From Lepidodermella squamata (taxonomy: Eukaryota; Animalia; Gastrotricha): a stretch of 64,000 nt of DNA. Shown one piece after another: positions 23,577 to 36,694 of the stretch. The translations under genes were made by a program, and so were the position numbers. Each line of letters starts with the position of its first letter. Positions within the stretch are counted from its first letter, which is position 1. The notes beneath the pieces were generated by a model. It saw nothing but the letters and a program-made list of their open reading frames with translations, was not told where the DNA came from and did not search any database. The stretch is from NCBI GenBank assembly GCA_047495785.1, contig JBLDXI010000001.1:2542001-2606000 (forward strand), in the 5' to 3' direction.

Positions 23577-25944
23577 TCAATTATTAAGGTCGGAATCTGG
23601 TTCGCAAAACCCAGACTCGTTAACATTCTGAATAGATCCGGCCAAAGAAGGCGCCAGTTTGCCCCTCCCAGCCGTCAATCGAGCAAAGCGCGGGTCTTGC
23701 CAAGCGAGCAGATCAATCAAAGCGCCTGAAGCTTGAGCGATTTTGTTCGCGATGACATCGTCCCCATTCCCACCGTCGCAATTATTCGCCAGATTCGAAT
23801 TATTACTCAGAAGAGACGTTAAATTTTCATAAATTAACGGGTACAAATCCGCCAGATTTTTCTCGCCGGCCAAACTGCGTGATTTCGCCTTTGTTAACAA
23901 AGCTTCGTTGTTCAAAATTTTAACCACGGCTTTAACGCTGTACAGCAACGTTTGACTGTTCGTTTTTCGCGATAATTTCTTCGACAATTTTCGCATCAGG
24001 GCTTTGTAGACCGAGCTGATGTAGTGAGAATCCCGCAATTGAGCTTTGTGCCGTTCGCTAGCGACTACGGCCTTTAAAAACACGTAACAGGCCGCAACTC
24101 TGCCGTGTTGCAGGGATCTCGACCTTTGAAGAGCCTCGAGGAACCGCCCAGCTGAGCCTTGAAACCACGAAAATAACCGAACTGAAATGAGCGAAGTCTC
24201 AACCTGGCCCAGGGTTGTAGTAACTTCAATCGCTGAATCAACGTCCTTCTTCGGCCAGCCATGCCGGATTAAATTAGCAACAGCGGCTGTGAATTGCGTT
24301 GAAAAGGTTTCACATCGCGATAGAATGACTAATTGATCACGTGATAGCGATTTTACCAACAACTGCACGCTTGGTAGTAGGAAATCGGGCTTGAAAACCG
24401 GGTCGCTTTTGAACACCTTACTCGATTTACGGCTCAAATATTGCAGCCAAGTTGCGTGGTGGATTAAAATCGCGAATGTCGTGTCCATAAATTGATAGGC
24501 GAGGCCCTTTTCGCAGAGATAGGCGATAAATTGCTGGAAAAATTCGAGAAAATCGCGCAGTAAATTGCGCCCACGTTCGGGTTTTTCCGGGGCGAGAGAC
24601 CAGTACCACAAATGGTAATTAGCCGTTGATAACGCGGTTAAATCTTCGGTCAACTGGGCGATCGTTTCCGGCGATAATTCGTCGATTGTTGCGATGAAGT
24701 CCTGGCTTTTCATATTTTCGTCAAGTAGATGGATGAGGTATTTCACGCCATGAGTGTTATCACTGCCTTTCGGGCTATTCGCGTTCCAAGGGTAGATTGC
24801 AAAATTCATCAGCGTGTTGAAGTGAGTTTCAAAGTCAACTCGAGGCCAGAGGGTCATTCTGAAAATTAAAGTTTGGATAAAAATTATAGGTATCGAATTT
24901 ACGAATATTATTTAAATTTTTCAATAAATTTAAATTTTAAAAATAATTTAAAATTTTTTAAACTTGACATTTTGTTCAATTTTTAATTTTTTTTTAAATT
25001 CGGAAAATTTATATTTGAAGATATTCTGCACTTATTAAAGATTTCAAGATTTTTCGAAAAAATTGAGATTTTTCAAATAATTTTGAAACTGTTGGTTAAG
25101 CTAAATTTCTTACGAACATTGAGGTTGGGTTTTCGCTTTTCAAACTTCGATCAACAAATGAGGCCCATATTCTGACAAGGCAATCAATCGATCCAACATT
25201 CATTCTCGCCAATTTCGCGGGAAAATTCGACAAAAACCGGCCAAAAGTGGAAACCAAAACGCTGGAATAATGATTTTGCAGCACTTTGAAGTATACAATA
25301 GCAAGCTCTTGCAGGTAGTAAAGCTCGAGTACAGAAAAGTCTGCAGATGATTTTGAAGGTTTCATAACTTCATCGATTGTTAAATCAAGAATCGATTGAA
25401 CTGGGTCGCAATTTTCTCGAGAATAAGCCAACAGCTTCGACTCTGAGTTGAGTAGATACGCCAACATGCAAATTTCCGGCATTAAAATTTGAGAATTTGA
25501 CGAAAATAAGTCGTCAAAAAATTCGAATGGATCCGGGTTCCACTGTGGTTCCAGTAATGTTGCCACGTATTTCAGAAGTTTTTCAGCTTTATTTACCAGA
25601 TCTGTTTGACCGCTGTTCAAGGCTTGCCTTCGAATGAAGGAATAAATAACCAGGGCCAATTTCAGCTCGTTTGTCTCTTCGCATTTTTCAGCGATTTGAA
25701 ACGCCTTTACTGGGTCGAAATCGCCGCTGTAATCGGCTGATTTGAAGAAGAGGCAAAACGCCGATAGGCCGGAGGTTGAGTTGAAAGCAGCGGCTTCAAA
25801 GTAGTCGGCGAAGTGATACCGGCCAGGTAGGTATCCGCAATCGGATGACGCGGCTTCAATTCGCAATGTGTTAAAATACTGCCGGGCTTTATCAGCTCCG
25901 CCGGCTCGGAAAGCTTGCATAAGATTCAAAATATTTGCTGACAT
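23577..25944 (-). CDS. Unknown ~700-aa Leu/Ala-rich, probably alpha-helical protein, two exons (intron ~24859-25117)
   Basis: Two long ORFs (282 and 426 aa) separated by an AT-rich intron. No signal peptide and no motif recognised. Confidence 0.6.
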
Positions 25945-26835
25945 ATTTTGATTTCAAGAGCTGTGAAAATGCCAGAATAAGTGTTGGAGAAATCAAATCA
26001 TGAATGAAGAGCCAAAGCACGAGCCGATTGATTGAAAAAAATCGATGAAAATTGTAGTTTTTTACAATTCATCCATCTAAAAAAATCCAACAAATGCACA
26101 CAGTATTTTTACTCCAAATTAAGGGCATTTTCGCCATGATATTGCCGCTCATTTTTATATCGGAAGCGGTCTAACTATTTTCGAGTATTGCTATTCAGGT
26201 AGAATTAATTTCCCGGTCAGTGAGAAATCTAATGGCCAGCTTTTCCGGTGTAGTAATATTCGCCTTATAAAACTTCCTTGATAAGATTCGAGTATTAGAG
26301 TGCTTGCAATTTCTCTAAAAGTTAAGGCAGCTGAATATATTATTGGAAAAATAATCGTAATGAAGAGAAATTGTATGAACGGTGAACTTGGAAACTTCAG
26401 GAATTGCAAAATTTCCAACCTCCGAGAAAATCCCTAGAGACGAAACGACGTTTTTCGAGGTTTGAAAACTCATTTAAATTCAGAAATTTATGATATTGGA
26501 AATGTGTAAATGTGTGGAAAGGGATTCCCGATTTATCTGCAAATTATGGTGACATTAAGATTTTTACTCAATTTTTGATGATCGAAATAAAATTCGATTG
26601 GACGCTCATATGGCATACGAAATGGAAGTGAGAGTTTCCAGTTTTTATTGGCCTTAGGGTCAAATTTCGAAAAATCGAAGTATTGCCCCTATCACCTTGG
26701 GTCTTACGCCATTCGAAAGCCCAAAAGAGGGAACATTTTGGGTGAAAAACGTGTTTTTATCGTTCTGCATTCACCATTATTTATTATAAATCAGCAAAGA
26801 AAAAATACTGAAAGTTTCGAACTCAACGCATAGCA

Positions 26836-29642
26836 CTAAACTGGAACAGTTTCAACTTTAAGACGAATACCGTCCGATGACAGTTTTTCGTCTTTAATCA
26901 GCTTTTCATACTCTTCGGCTAGTTGCTTTGAACCAAGACGCCGTATCGCATTCGAGCCATCATTTTCAAGTAGATCAAGCCTCTTCTGAATCCAGTCATG
27001 AGGACACTTGTCATTCTCATCAATTCGCTTCTGATGCGCCTCCAGGGCACCGGGCCGTTTTGAAAAATCGTCCGACTCGAATTGAAATTCTCGCGGGTTG
27101 ACTTCGTTACGCCGATTTTTGAACATGGAACAGTAGCCGGGCCGTTTTTCACTATCAGCCATAGAATAGCAAACACCTCGCCGTAATTCCAGTAACATGA
27201 GCCCGAAATTTTGATGAGCGTAATGTATCGCAACAGCCGGAGCAGGGTGCACAAATTCTTGAGGAATTCCAGCGTTTTTCAGACTCCCAACTTGCCCAGC
27301 CACAGTATCAACCGACCCAGGCTCGGATTCGTTGATAATCCAGTGGTATTCGTCGCGAAATTGGAACCACATGAATGTGCACATGATGTTGTACTCGGCT
27401 TCAAAATCGCGCCGGACGATTTCGGCGAAGGCATCATCGAAAGTTCCATTCGGCGCGACTCTCTTCCGGATTGCTTCTCGCATGAATTTCAGGTGAGCTG
27501 TTTTGACTACCATAGGGAAATGACTCATACAGTTGAACGGCTCTAAAAATAAAAATAATAGTTACAACATTATTATAGGCCGATTGCTAATAAGAGCGTG
27601 CCCCATAAGTTGCGCAACCAACTTGAAATTTTGCTAATTTTTGTAAAAAAAAAAATCACTATTTTTCTGAAATTCAACCCATCGGGAAATTTTCTATCAT
27701 TTACCCATTTACCCATCATTTATGGAAAACCCCGATGCTAAATGGTTCGGTAATTTCTGGTATTTTTATACTCGGATCTAATTTCTCCGGATTTTTTAAT
27801 AATTTTAGTAGAGGACCCCGCCCTAATTTCGGCCACTTCCTAAATTCGGCCGCTGCGTCCTAACTTCGGCCACCGGCCGAAATTTGGACACAAAGTGCTG
27901 TGCAGCAGTTTTATTTGCGCGCAATTCAAGAAATGTGCATTGTTGAACCCATCTGTTTCATGATTTTTCAAGCACGTGATCGCAAAAAAATAATTCTAAA
28001 TGCGAGCGAGCGGGCTTATGTCGGTTCTCGAGTGCTCTGTTACCGCTATTTTGCAGGTACAGGGTGTTCGCGTAATAATACTCTTCTAAAAATAGCTTTG
28101 CTACTTTTTGCATTCATTTGAGCTTTTTTGTAGCTATTTTTAGCTCATCCAGAGTATTATTACGCGAACACCCTGTATAATTTACAAGAAAGTGGCTCTT
28201 TAAAATTTACTGCTTTCACCTCAATAATTACCAGCTAAATGCCAGCTTCATTTTGGTATAAAATATTCTATTTAAAACCGCCCAAGTGAAGAGATCGAGA
28301 GGGCCAATTTTAGGGTTTTCGAGGGTTCGATTCCAAAAATTAGCAGCCAATAGTGGAAATGAATTCGGGAAAACAAAATCGATACTTTCATTCTACAGGA
28401 GGCAAGGGATTTTTTAGATATTTTTCCAGAATTTTAGAAAGTCAACCGCAGTTAGGCTATTAGGTAGAAAACAAGTTATCAAACTTGTACCTGTCAAAAC
28501 TAGTTCAAGTTTCAGGCATCACGTCGTCAAGGATAAGCTCACAGGTGAAGCAACAAAGGCGGTTTTTATAGTCAGCTTTTTGAGACGAATCTAACGATAC
28601 CAAACTTATGGTATTAGTGTACCTGGATGAGGTGGCCGAAATTAGGGCACCCCGCTTCCTAATTCCGGCCGGGTGTCTGGGTGACTAAAAAATTAGCCAT
28701 AAATCAAGGTAAATTCGTCCGGACTTGCGGAAAGCGGCATTCGATAGCCTATGAACGCCTCTTTAATTTTGCTTTTGCCGAATATTTTCTAAAAATTCAC
28801 CTGGCTGGCAAAGTAGGAAAAACCTGAAAAGCGGCCGAAATTAGGGCGGGGTCCTCTACCATTTTCCAAAATTTTCAATTAGGTACTTCGAGGTTGAGGT
28901 CGAAGTAATTTTTATTTTATTTTGATTAATTTTAAAAATTACCTTTGTAGCCTGTTACTTCATAAGTTCTACCAGGAACCTTCTCCCAATATTCCACGTT
29001 CATAGTTTTGATTTTCCCGAAAATCGGCCGAACTATTGGCTTGCCGTCCTTGAACAAATCGTTTCGTGTGACTCGCGAAATGAACAGCGTATCCGTATCG
29101 ACAAAGCCAACATGCTCGGCCTTCGTAAAATTATCCGGCCAAAACTTCAACCACTGCGATTTGTGCCAACCAGAGCATGGAAAAACGCGTTTTGGATAGA
29201 CGATTTTCGGCGTGATTCCCATCATTTCCCGCGCTGATTTGATGCACTTTTTACCGAAATCTCTCGACCCAGCAGTTTCGCCATCCGTCGCCACGACGAC
29301 ACTTAAATGTTTCCGAGGCCAGAAAAGGGCGAGAGATGACAAAATTAGCTCATTATACTCGCGTTCTCCGGTGTAATCAGCCGATGAGGTGAGGTACAAA
29401 TCAAGTGTTGGCCATTCCACCTCGCATGGGTCTGATGTGTTGGAATGTGCTATCACTGGAGAACTGTTTGGAGGGCTAGCAGAGTGATGTTCCCGAATAA
29501 GAAAATCGACAACTTTAAGGTGGATTGACGGCGTCGCAGCATCAGGATCAAATGCTATCTGATGCAGAACCATGAAAATGACCAGGAAGCCAAACACAGT
29601 CAAGGCAAATACATGAAGGCTGGTCTTCGCTGATAGCGCCAT
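26836..29642 (-). CDS. Putative GT-A-fold glycosyltransferase (GT4), intron 27543-28942
   Basis: ORFs 28932-29642 and 26836-27528 join at TGYK|EPFNC. The intron is expanded to 1400 nt, mostly by MITEs. Confidence 0.75.
27808..28859. mobile_element. Non-autonomous TIR element (~1.05 kb), superfamily uncertain
   Basis: 27-bp perfect TIR GTAGAGGACCCCGCCCTAATTTCGGCC, with repeated subterminal TAA(T/A/C)TTCGGCC motifs. TSD ambiguous. Confidence 0.85.
28060..28175. mobile_element. 116-bp Tc1/mariner-type MITE nested in the larger element
   Basis: 25-bp perfect TIR CAGGGTGTTCGCGTAATAATACTCT flanked by TA on both sides. Confidence 0.9.
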
Positions 29643-31674
29643 TTTATCACATAAAAATCTAATAACTAATAAAAAGCTTTTATTGATGATGTGCGTGAAT
29701 CTTTTGTTCGGGTTTAGAGGTGTGACATTATCACAAGACCTGCACTGGTACCGTAAAATCGAATCGGTAACATAAAAAGAGGCTGCTTAATTACGCTGGT
29801 GAAAAAATCGAGGTGTTATTGCAATCGATTTATATGATGCGCTAAATATCGCGCACTTCATTAAGGTGGATGTTACAGCGCTGGTTTTCTATTGTTTTCA
29901 AGCAGTTGGAGACTTTCGAGGGTAGCCGCATATTAAAGTTTTGCGAAACGCTGTTTTAGTTACGTATATACCGGTCCATTAATTATGAAGTTGCGCGCAA
30001 AAAACCGGCTATAGCGTGCCTTGACTATTCCTGCTCGCATGAGGTCTCACTTTTTGCGGCAAGCTATTGTGGAAAGATCGAATTGCGAGCTTCTTAGCAA
30101 CGTGCGCGCTATTTTTAAGATACTGCCGGTATCGATTTGCTCTAGAATTTGTGATGTCACAAGGATTAACAACGCAACTGGGATGTGGCCTGATCGCACT
30201 TTCAATTGAATAGTGACGTTTCGAATTGCGTTCATTTTATTGTCCGTGAGAAATCATTTGCGTCAGCAATCTCGGTCAGGTCAAAATACTGCTTCTCCAA
30301 ATTTATTAGAAACTGATATCAATAATTGCAACAAAGTCCGGGATATAAGCCAGGGTTTGGAACTCTGGCATCTCAATAGAAAATAAGAGTAAAAGCTGAC
30401 ACAAAATTATAAATCCGCATTATAAACGTGATACCAATTTCAAAGGTCTCCAATTGAGCAACGAAAATTGAGCAAGGGCAAAAGAGCAAATTTTAAAATT
30501 AATTTTAACGCGAAAATTGAGCAGCGAAACAGTATAGTAGACGAATTTAGCGCAACAATAATAGAGCAAATTATTAATTAATTATTATTTAATGTTTCGA
30601 ATGCGTTGAGGCGTTGAATTCGAGTCTTTTTATGCTTTTTTTTATGAGACCTCAAAGTGCCGAAAGTGCCGTGTTATCGATTCAATTTAATGTGGAGACA
30701 CTTCCACCAAACTTTTCGAAAATGTCCAGCAAAACTCCTCACCTCAGATTACCCTAAATTATGTATTTACTGATCCATGAATATAAGAAAATAAAATAAA
30801 ATGAGATTTTTAGAGTGGGGATAATTATTGAAGCAACTAAAGCAATAAAAATGCAATTTTTGACGCATTTTTTCGAAATGAGCATTATTGACTTATTTAG
30901 AGCCCAATTTCTCAGCAACCCTGATGGCTATCAAACTATTTTTCATATTGTTCGACTCCTCGTTTATTGATCTTGAAAGCGGCATCAAAATCTCACGATA
31001 TCTAAATGCTCACCAAACCCCACTTTTCGCTTGTTAACGGTCACATTTTTCACAAAACTAAGCTGAAACATAAAACAAACGGTTTATTCAATTGGCTTTC
31101 TGATGATTCATCATGATAATTTCTCGAACTTGTTATTAAACATTCGAAACATGAGGTTTTTATCACAATGAAAAAGCAAGGATGCCATCGAATATATGCT
31201 ACCGCGCATCTTGAAGTGTGCAATAGAATATTCAAAGAAAAAAAATGAAGCGTGAATCACGCCTTATGAATGGCGACTAGTCCCTGTTTTGTTGCGCAGA
31301 GCGATGATTCTTCCACTTTCGCTGCGAGAGCGGGAAGATTAATTACCAATCAGAGCCTCGCGAGAAAAGGCACTATCTAGAGATATGCTAAATGGGCAAG
31401 ATATAGAAATGTCCCCGTTACCGGTGCGACTGGTGCGCGACGTTACTAAATGCATGCGTCATTCAAAGTCTGTGTCATTCAAAGGCTCGTGATGATGAAT
31501 AGGCGTTGCGCGGGTCTTTTTGACTGAAATAGAAACCCGCCTGAGTGTTGCCATCAACCAAAAACAGTTCCGTTGCCAAGCTACGCTTGATGCCTAGACT
31601 CTCGAGGATGGCACGGGGCATACCTATTTTCCTTCGTCTTGAACACCTTGAAAATTTTTCATTAAGCCGGTGCA

Positions 31675-33956
31675 ATGACCAGTTCACACCTGTCTTTTGC
31701 CGTCATCATTTCGATGGTAAAACGCAATTTAACACTTCCCCCTTAACTTCACCACAATGACTTTCAGATCGGTGCTGTAGCCGCGCAACAAATGCTGACA
31801 CTTAGCACTGTTGGAAATGGTAAATAAAAATGTTTTTAAAAAATTGAGATTTCAACTGGTTTTATAGTGTGTGAAAGCAACAATGACTGCTTTGGCCCCA
31901 ACGAGTATTGCTACATTCGAAACGACTTGGTCCCAGCGTGTAAAAAGGGCCGTTGCGCATGCAAACCATGCTTCACCATGGGCCGAGAGCAGTGCTTGCC
32001 CAGTAATTACCAGTATTTCTAGTTAAATCCGCCTTAAATTGGTTATTTTCACCCAGTCACTGAAAAAAACACACTCGGCGCCACTTGTGACCCAGAGAAG
32101 GGTGATCAGGTCACGCTTCTCGGAGCAGCTTGCGTCGCTGGCAAGGTGACATGCCGGGTAGGCTTGAAGAACATCGCTGGGAAGTGTCAACTATCTGCGG
32201 ACCGAAAATGCGGCCCAGACACCCCGTGCCCTCGAGACATGTATTGCGACGAGAACGAGAATGTCTGCAAGTGCCAGAATATCTACGCGTTGTTCGATCC
32301 CAACTTCCAGGCCTGCATCACCCGCGAATATGGCGACCGATGCTCGCAGGGCGTTCAGTGTGACTCTGACGTCGAGCGTATGACCGGTTTCTCGGCTGGA
32401 GGTGGCGCTTGTGTTGGCAGCAAATGCGCCTGCAGCCAAGACTATCAGGCTATTAACATCACTTGGTACCAGCCTAAGCAAGAGAAGATTCTTAACAAGA
32501 CAATTTGCATCAGCCGTGATGCTTCCAAGCGGTACCTTGCTTCCGGGCAGATGTGCACCCTGAACCCCATCATGATGTCTAATGACCCGTCTGTCACCGT
32601 CTGCCAACTTGGCCACATGTGCTATCAATGCCCGGAAGATAATGGCGCCGACTTCGATCCTAGAGTGAACGGAAAGTGCCGTAAGTTGAGCCGATGCGTG
32701 AAACTTCAAATTCGCAGAATTTTCGTCCTGTTAAGGTCGAATGGCCACACCCTTTATGACAGCTGCTGAGCAGTGTGCTGCTTCCAAGGTCGTTACAACT
32801 GTTGCCCCAGCGATGGCAGCGGTAGCAGGAGCCCAAACCAACAATAATACCAACAACAATAATACTTTGGCAGTGAACAGCACTTTGTTCCAGAGTAAGA
32901 TACAATGACTTTAAGTGAAATTCGCATTTAGGCTCTGTTTTTTCAAAGCTTGCTCAAAGGATAAAGATTGCACGGGCGATAATCAGCGATGCGCTAGCAC
33001 TGCATCACTTTTTGTAAGTCTCTCCCTATTCCAATAGCGTTCCGATAGCATACCTCTTTTCTCGTAGACCCCGACCTGTACATCCAAATACTGCATTTGC
33101 ACTGACTGCGCTGTCCCAGTCAATGGAGCGTGCGTAAATGGTAGGTACTGATTTTCTGCGCTAGGAAAAATTTAACTGTTCCCTCGTTTCAGTTCGTAGT
33201 GTCGGCTCAATCGGCTCCGCTTGCAACGGTACCGCAGAGGAGAAAATAACAGTGCCATGGGCCACTTGTGCCAACTCAACCGTGACATGCCCTAACAACA
33301 CTTACATCACCAGCGGCAGTCGTTGCTACCCTCCGAAGCTCGCTTGTGACGGTAAGAAAGACAACCGTGGCTGCCCGCCAGGTATGACCTGCAGCAAGGG
33401 CAAGTGCACGTGTGTGGAAAAGGGCACTAAGATTGATTTGGACAAGCAACGATGTGTCGCAAGCAGCTACAACGATGACTGCACCTCGAACGACGATTGT
33501 GCCTATGCCTCGGCTTCGACAAATGGGTACGGTTACGCTTTGGGAAGCGCTGGCATCTGCAAGGACAGCAAATGCACTTGCGCCTCGGGATACATATCAG
33601 CGACAGTCAGCTCGGTGGACGATAATACTGGAATTTTCGGATCTCGAACCATCTGCGTGCCGAAAAGTTCGACCATCGATTTGAACAGCGGTGCCACTTG
33701 CGATTTGGACTATTTCAACCTCGACCCCACGATAAACCAAACCTCGGTTCGTGCCTGCAAATCCGGCCTTGTTTGCTTCAAATGCGATGAAGCTTGGGCG
33801 AACGATACAACTCAAACCGGCGTCTGCAGGAGCGTGAATACTGACAATTACACGCCGTTCAGCAAATGCGGAGCTAACACCCTCCTCCCCCCGTTGCCAA
33901 TCGTCATTTTGGCAGCTATCTTCATCACATCACTCTTTGGAGTCAAACTGGCGTGA
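31675..33956 (+). CDS. Cysteine-rich surface protein CR1, two tandem modules, probable GPI anchor
   Basis: Signal peptide from ATG 31675, module 1 (ORF 32146-32769), Ala/Thr/Asn linker, phase-1 intron 32895-32948, module 2 (ORF 33252-33956), hydrophobic C-terminus. Confidence 0.7.
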
Positions 33957-34254
33957 TTTAAATGTGTAGAAACCGGAGAAATTACAACGCTTTATGAATT
34001 TTTTTATCAGAAATACTATTAAGAATGTAATATAACCAAGAATAACTGCTCCAGAATTCCTCAAAAATGAAGGGGTGGATGTTTAGTTGATCGGACAATT
34101 TTACCGGTACGGAATAAAAAATCTATAAAAACTCGTTTTACGAACAATACGTGCAACGTAAATCGATTTCGTTTGTCGCCGCTAATTTTTCACATACCAC
34201 ATACACACCGAGTCATTTCCAGTGTGAATTCTTAATGACTCTAATCTAAATTTG

Positions 34255-35683
34255 ATGATTCGGCAAGCTATTCATATCTGTATCCAATCAACACAAGTTC
34301 ACGTCAACAACTGCCGGAACCTCAAGCTAGCCCCTATCACATTTGCCGCTTTCGTGTTGACATGTGTACTGCTTCTCTTCTGGCAATTATTCACAATTAG
34401 GACAGCAAACCTCATACGAAATGAGAGATTGCTACAGAATAACTCCACGGATGACATGAAAAATGCTACCTCAAAGCTCTCTAGTACGACTACGCCTGAC
34501 CCTTGCTCAGCTGATTGGCCGTCCTTAGAGCTTCAAGTAACATCATCAGCTGATTCAACAGGCGAGATGGAACTTTATGATTTACTACTACCTTCATTAG
34601 CTCTTTTTTGGCCGAGAAAGAAGCTGAAATTTGTGATAGTAACTGACGGTGAAACTCCCAATGCCCAACAATTTGGCAATAGGTGGATCGCTAAGTCAAA
34701 AGAAATCCTCAACTATGAGCCCAGAGTTCATTATCCACTTCGAGCTTTCCCTTGTCCGGGCTGGCACAAATCACAATGGCTCAAATTTTGGCCAGATAAT
34801 TTTACAGATTCTGAATATGTCGGTTTTGTTGACACCGATGCATTATTCATCACCAGAGTTGCATTGAACGATCTTTTCATCGATGGGAAGCCAGTCGTCA
34901 GACCAATTTACGGCAAGCCGAAAGCAGTCGATGTTGGCTTTTGGAGTGGAGCACCGAGGCAAACATACGCAGTCACAGGATATAAAGGTTAGTAATCTGT
35001 GGTAAAAGCTCTTTCAAATTTCAATTCGAATGAATTTAGAGCCTTTCAACTGCATGACATATTTTCCGGTGGTAGTTAAGGTGGCGCATATTAGAAGAAT
35101 GCGCGAACTTATAACAGACCGCATGGCTCGCGGTGGCACTTTCGATCAGGCTTTCGCACGAATCGCTGAAACAAAATCTGAGGCAGAGTACAACATAATG
35201 TGCACCTTCATGTGGTACTTATTTCGAGAGGACTATCACTGGATTATCAATGAATCACAGGTCGGATGGTCAGGTTACATAGAAGGCCAGATATCAAACT
35301 TCGAAGAGGCTAATATCACTCGCGATTTGTTGCGACCAGTCCCCATGTTAACCGTACATCACCACCATCAAATGCTCAATGATGTGAGGTATGAACTAAG
35401 GCGCGGGGTTTGCTTTTCAATGACAGAAACTGATCAAAGGCCGTCGTATTGCTCTCAGTTTCCAAATCGGACTGCAGCTCTTAACGAGCGCGAATTCCAA
35501 TTTGAGAGCGATGATTTTTCTGCAAGACCTGAGGCGCTGGAGAACCATTTAAAGAGGTTGGCTATTAACGATAGATGTCCTCACGAATGGCCGAACGAAA
35601 GACTGGCGCTATTGGACGATTCACCGCAGCCAATTAATCAAATGAAACCGGTTGTAGCCTCTGGAGCCTTCATTCAGGGATAG
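34255..35683 (+). CDS. Putative GT-A-fold glycosyltransferase (GT5), intron 34988-35039
   Basis: Family motifs, VGFVDTD, conserved intron. Confidence 0.75.
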
Positions 35684-36694
35684 GTAGCAAATTGTATATT
35701 ATTTCTGTTTAGGATATTTTTCAAGTCGAATAATGAGGTTATGGTTAACTGAGCAAGTTGACCATCTTTAGTTTCCATCGATTTATCAGCTGCTTGCGAC
35801 TTTTGCACTTTATAGTTTCTAATTCAATGTGAATTATTTGTCAACTATTTTTTCAAGCTAATATCTTTCTATAACAATAAAACATTAAAACTGGATGAAG
35901 CACAATTTTCAATTGATTATTGCTGTTCGATACTGCCAGCCGATGTAAAATGCGCGACGAAAACTGGTGCATCGTATTACCTACATCGTATATATACATT
36001 ATACATGTATCGGATGCAAGACGCGACGTTAATTTGTAATTACTATATAAATGCCTGAAACAAATTTATAGACTTGATAGAGTGCTTACTCTTTACTCAC
36101 AATGGACTCAAAGGACGATGCCGAATTGACGCTGAGATATGTACAACAGACGCTGTACTACAGAGGGTTTCGTGAATCGGATCTCATGGGCTGAAATGCT
36201 GACAAGTGAACTGTGTTTAAGCCCCTCGTATATGATACTGCAGCTCAACTGGTAGCTTCGGGTAGTTTCGATACCACGCAATTAATGAAATCAGAATTAA
36301 TCAAATGCACTTCATTCCGAATTCTGATGGTGAATATATTAAATTTGAATACATGGATGATCCAAAAATTATCTTGCCGAAGCTGTTATAATCCTACGGG
36401 CACAGCGCTTGGCATGCTGAGCTTGCTTGTCGAATACTGCTATATTATATATTATAAAGACCAAGTGGCTGCAACCATCAAGCACTTGTATAGACCGTGC
36501 AATTCAGCTGAGGCGCATCATAGGGCACGGTTTATTGCTTGTGGCAAACAATGGATTTCAAGTAAACATACCGACACTAACTGCAGAAGCTACCTGAAGC
36601 AACTGGCTATGGTCTGAAGGAAACACAGTGCAGATAAATCAGCAGTTTTTATTCCTGTATCTTCATAATTTCTATGAATAGTTAACTCTAAATA

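Noticed and set aside
27808-27890. Short spaced TAA.TTCGGCC repeats, superficially CRISPR-like
   Set aside because: These are subterminal transposon repeats with tiny spacers in a eukaryotic intron; there are no cas genes.
28324-28334. GGTTCGATTCC (tRNA T-loop / B-box match)
   Set aside because: No acceptor or T-stem pairing and no cloverleaf; an isolated match inside a MITE.
30351-30923. CAGGGTT...AACCCTG possible hAT ends
   Set aside because: Only 7 bp of inverted match and no target-site duplication.
36213-36617. 134-aa ORF between GT5 and GT6
   Set aside because: Non-ATG start, no motif and no paralogue; likely a chance ORF.
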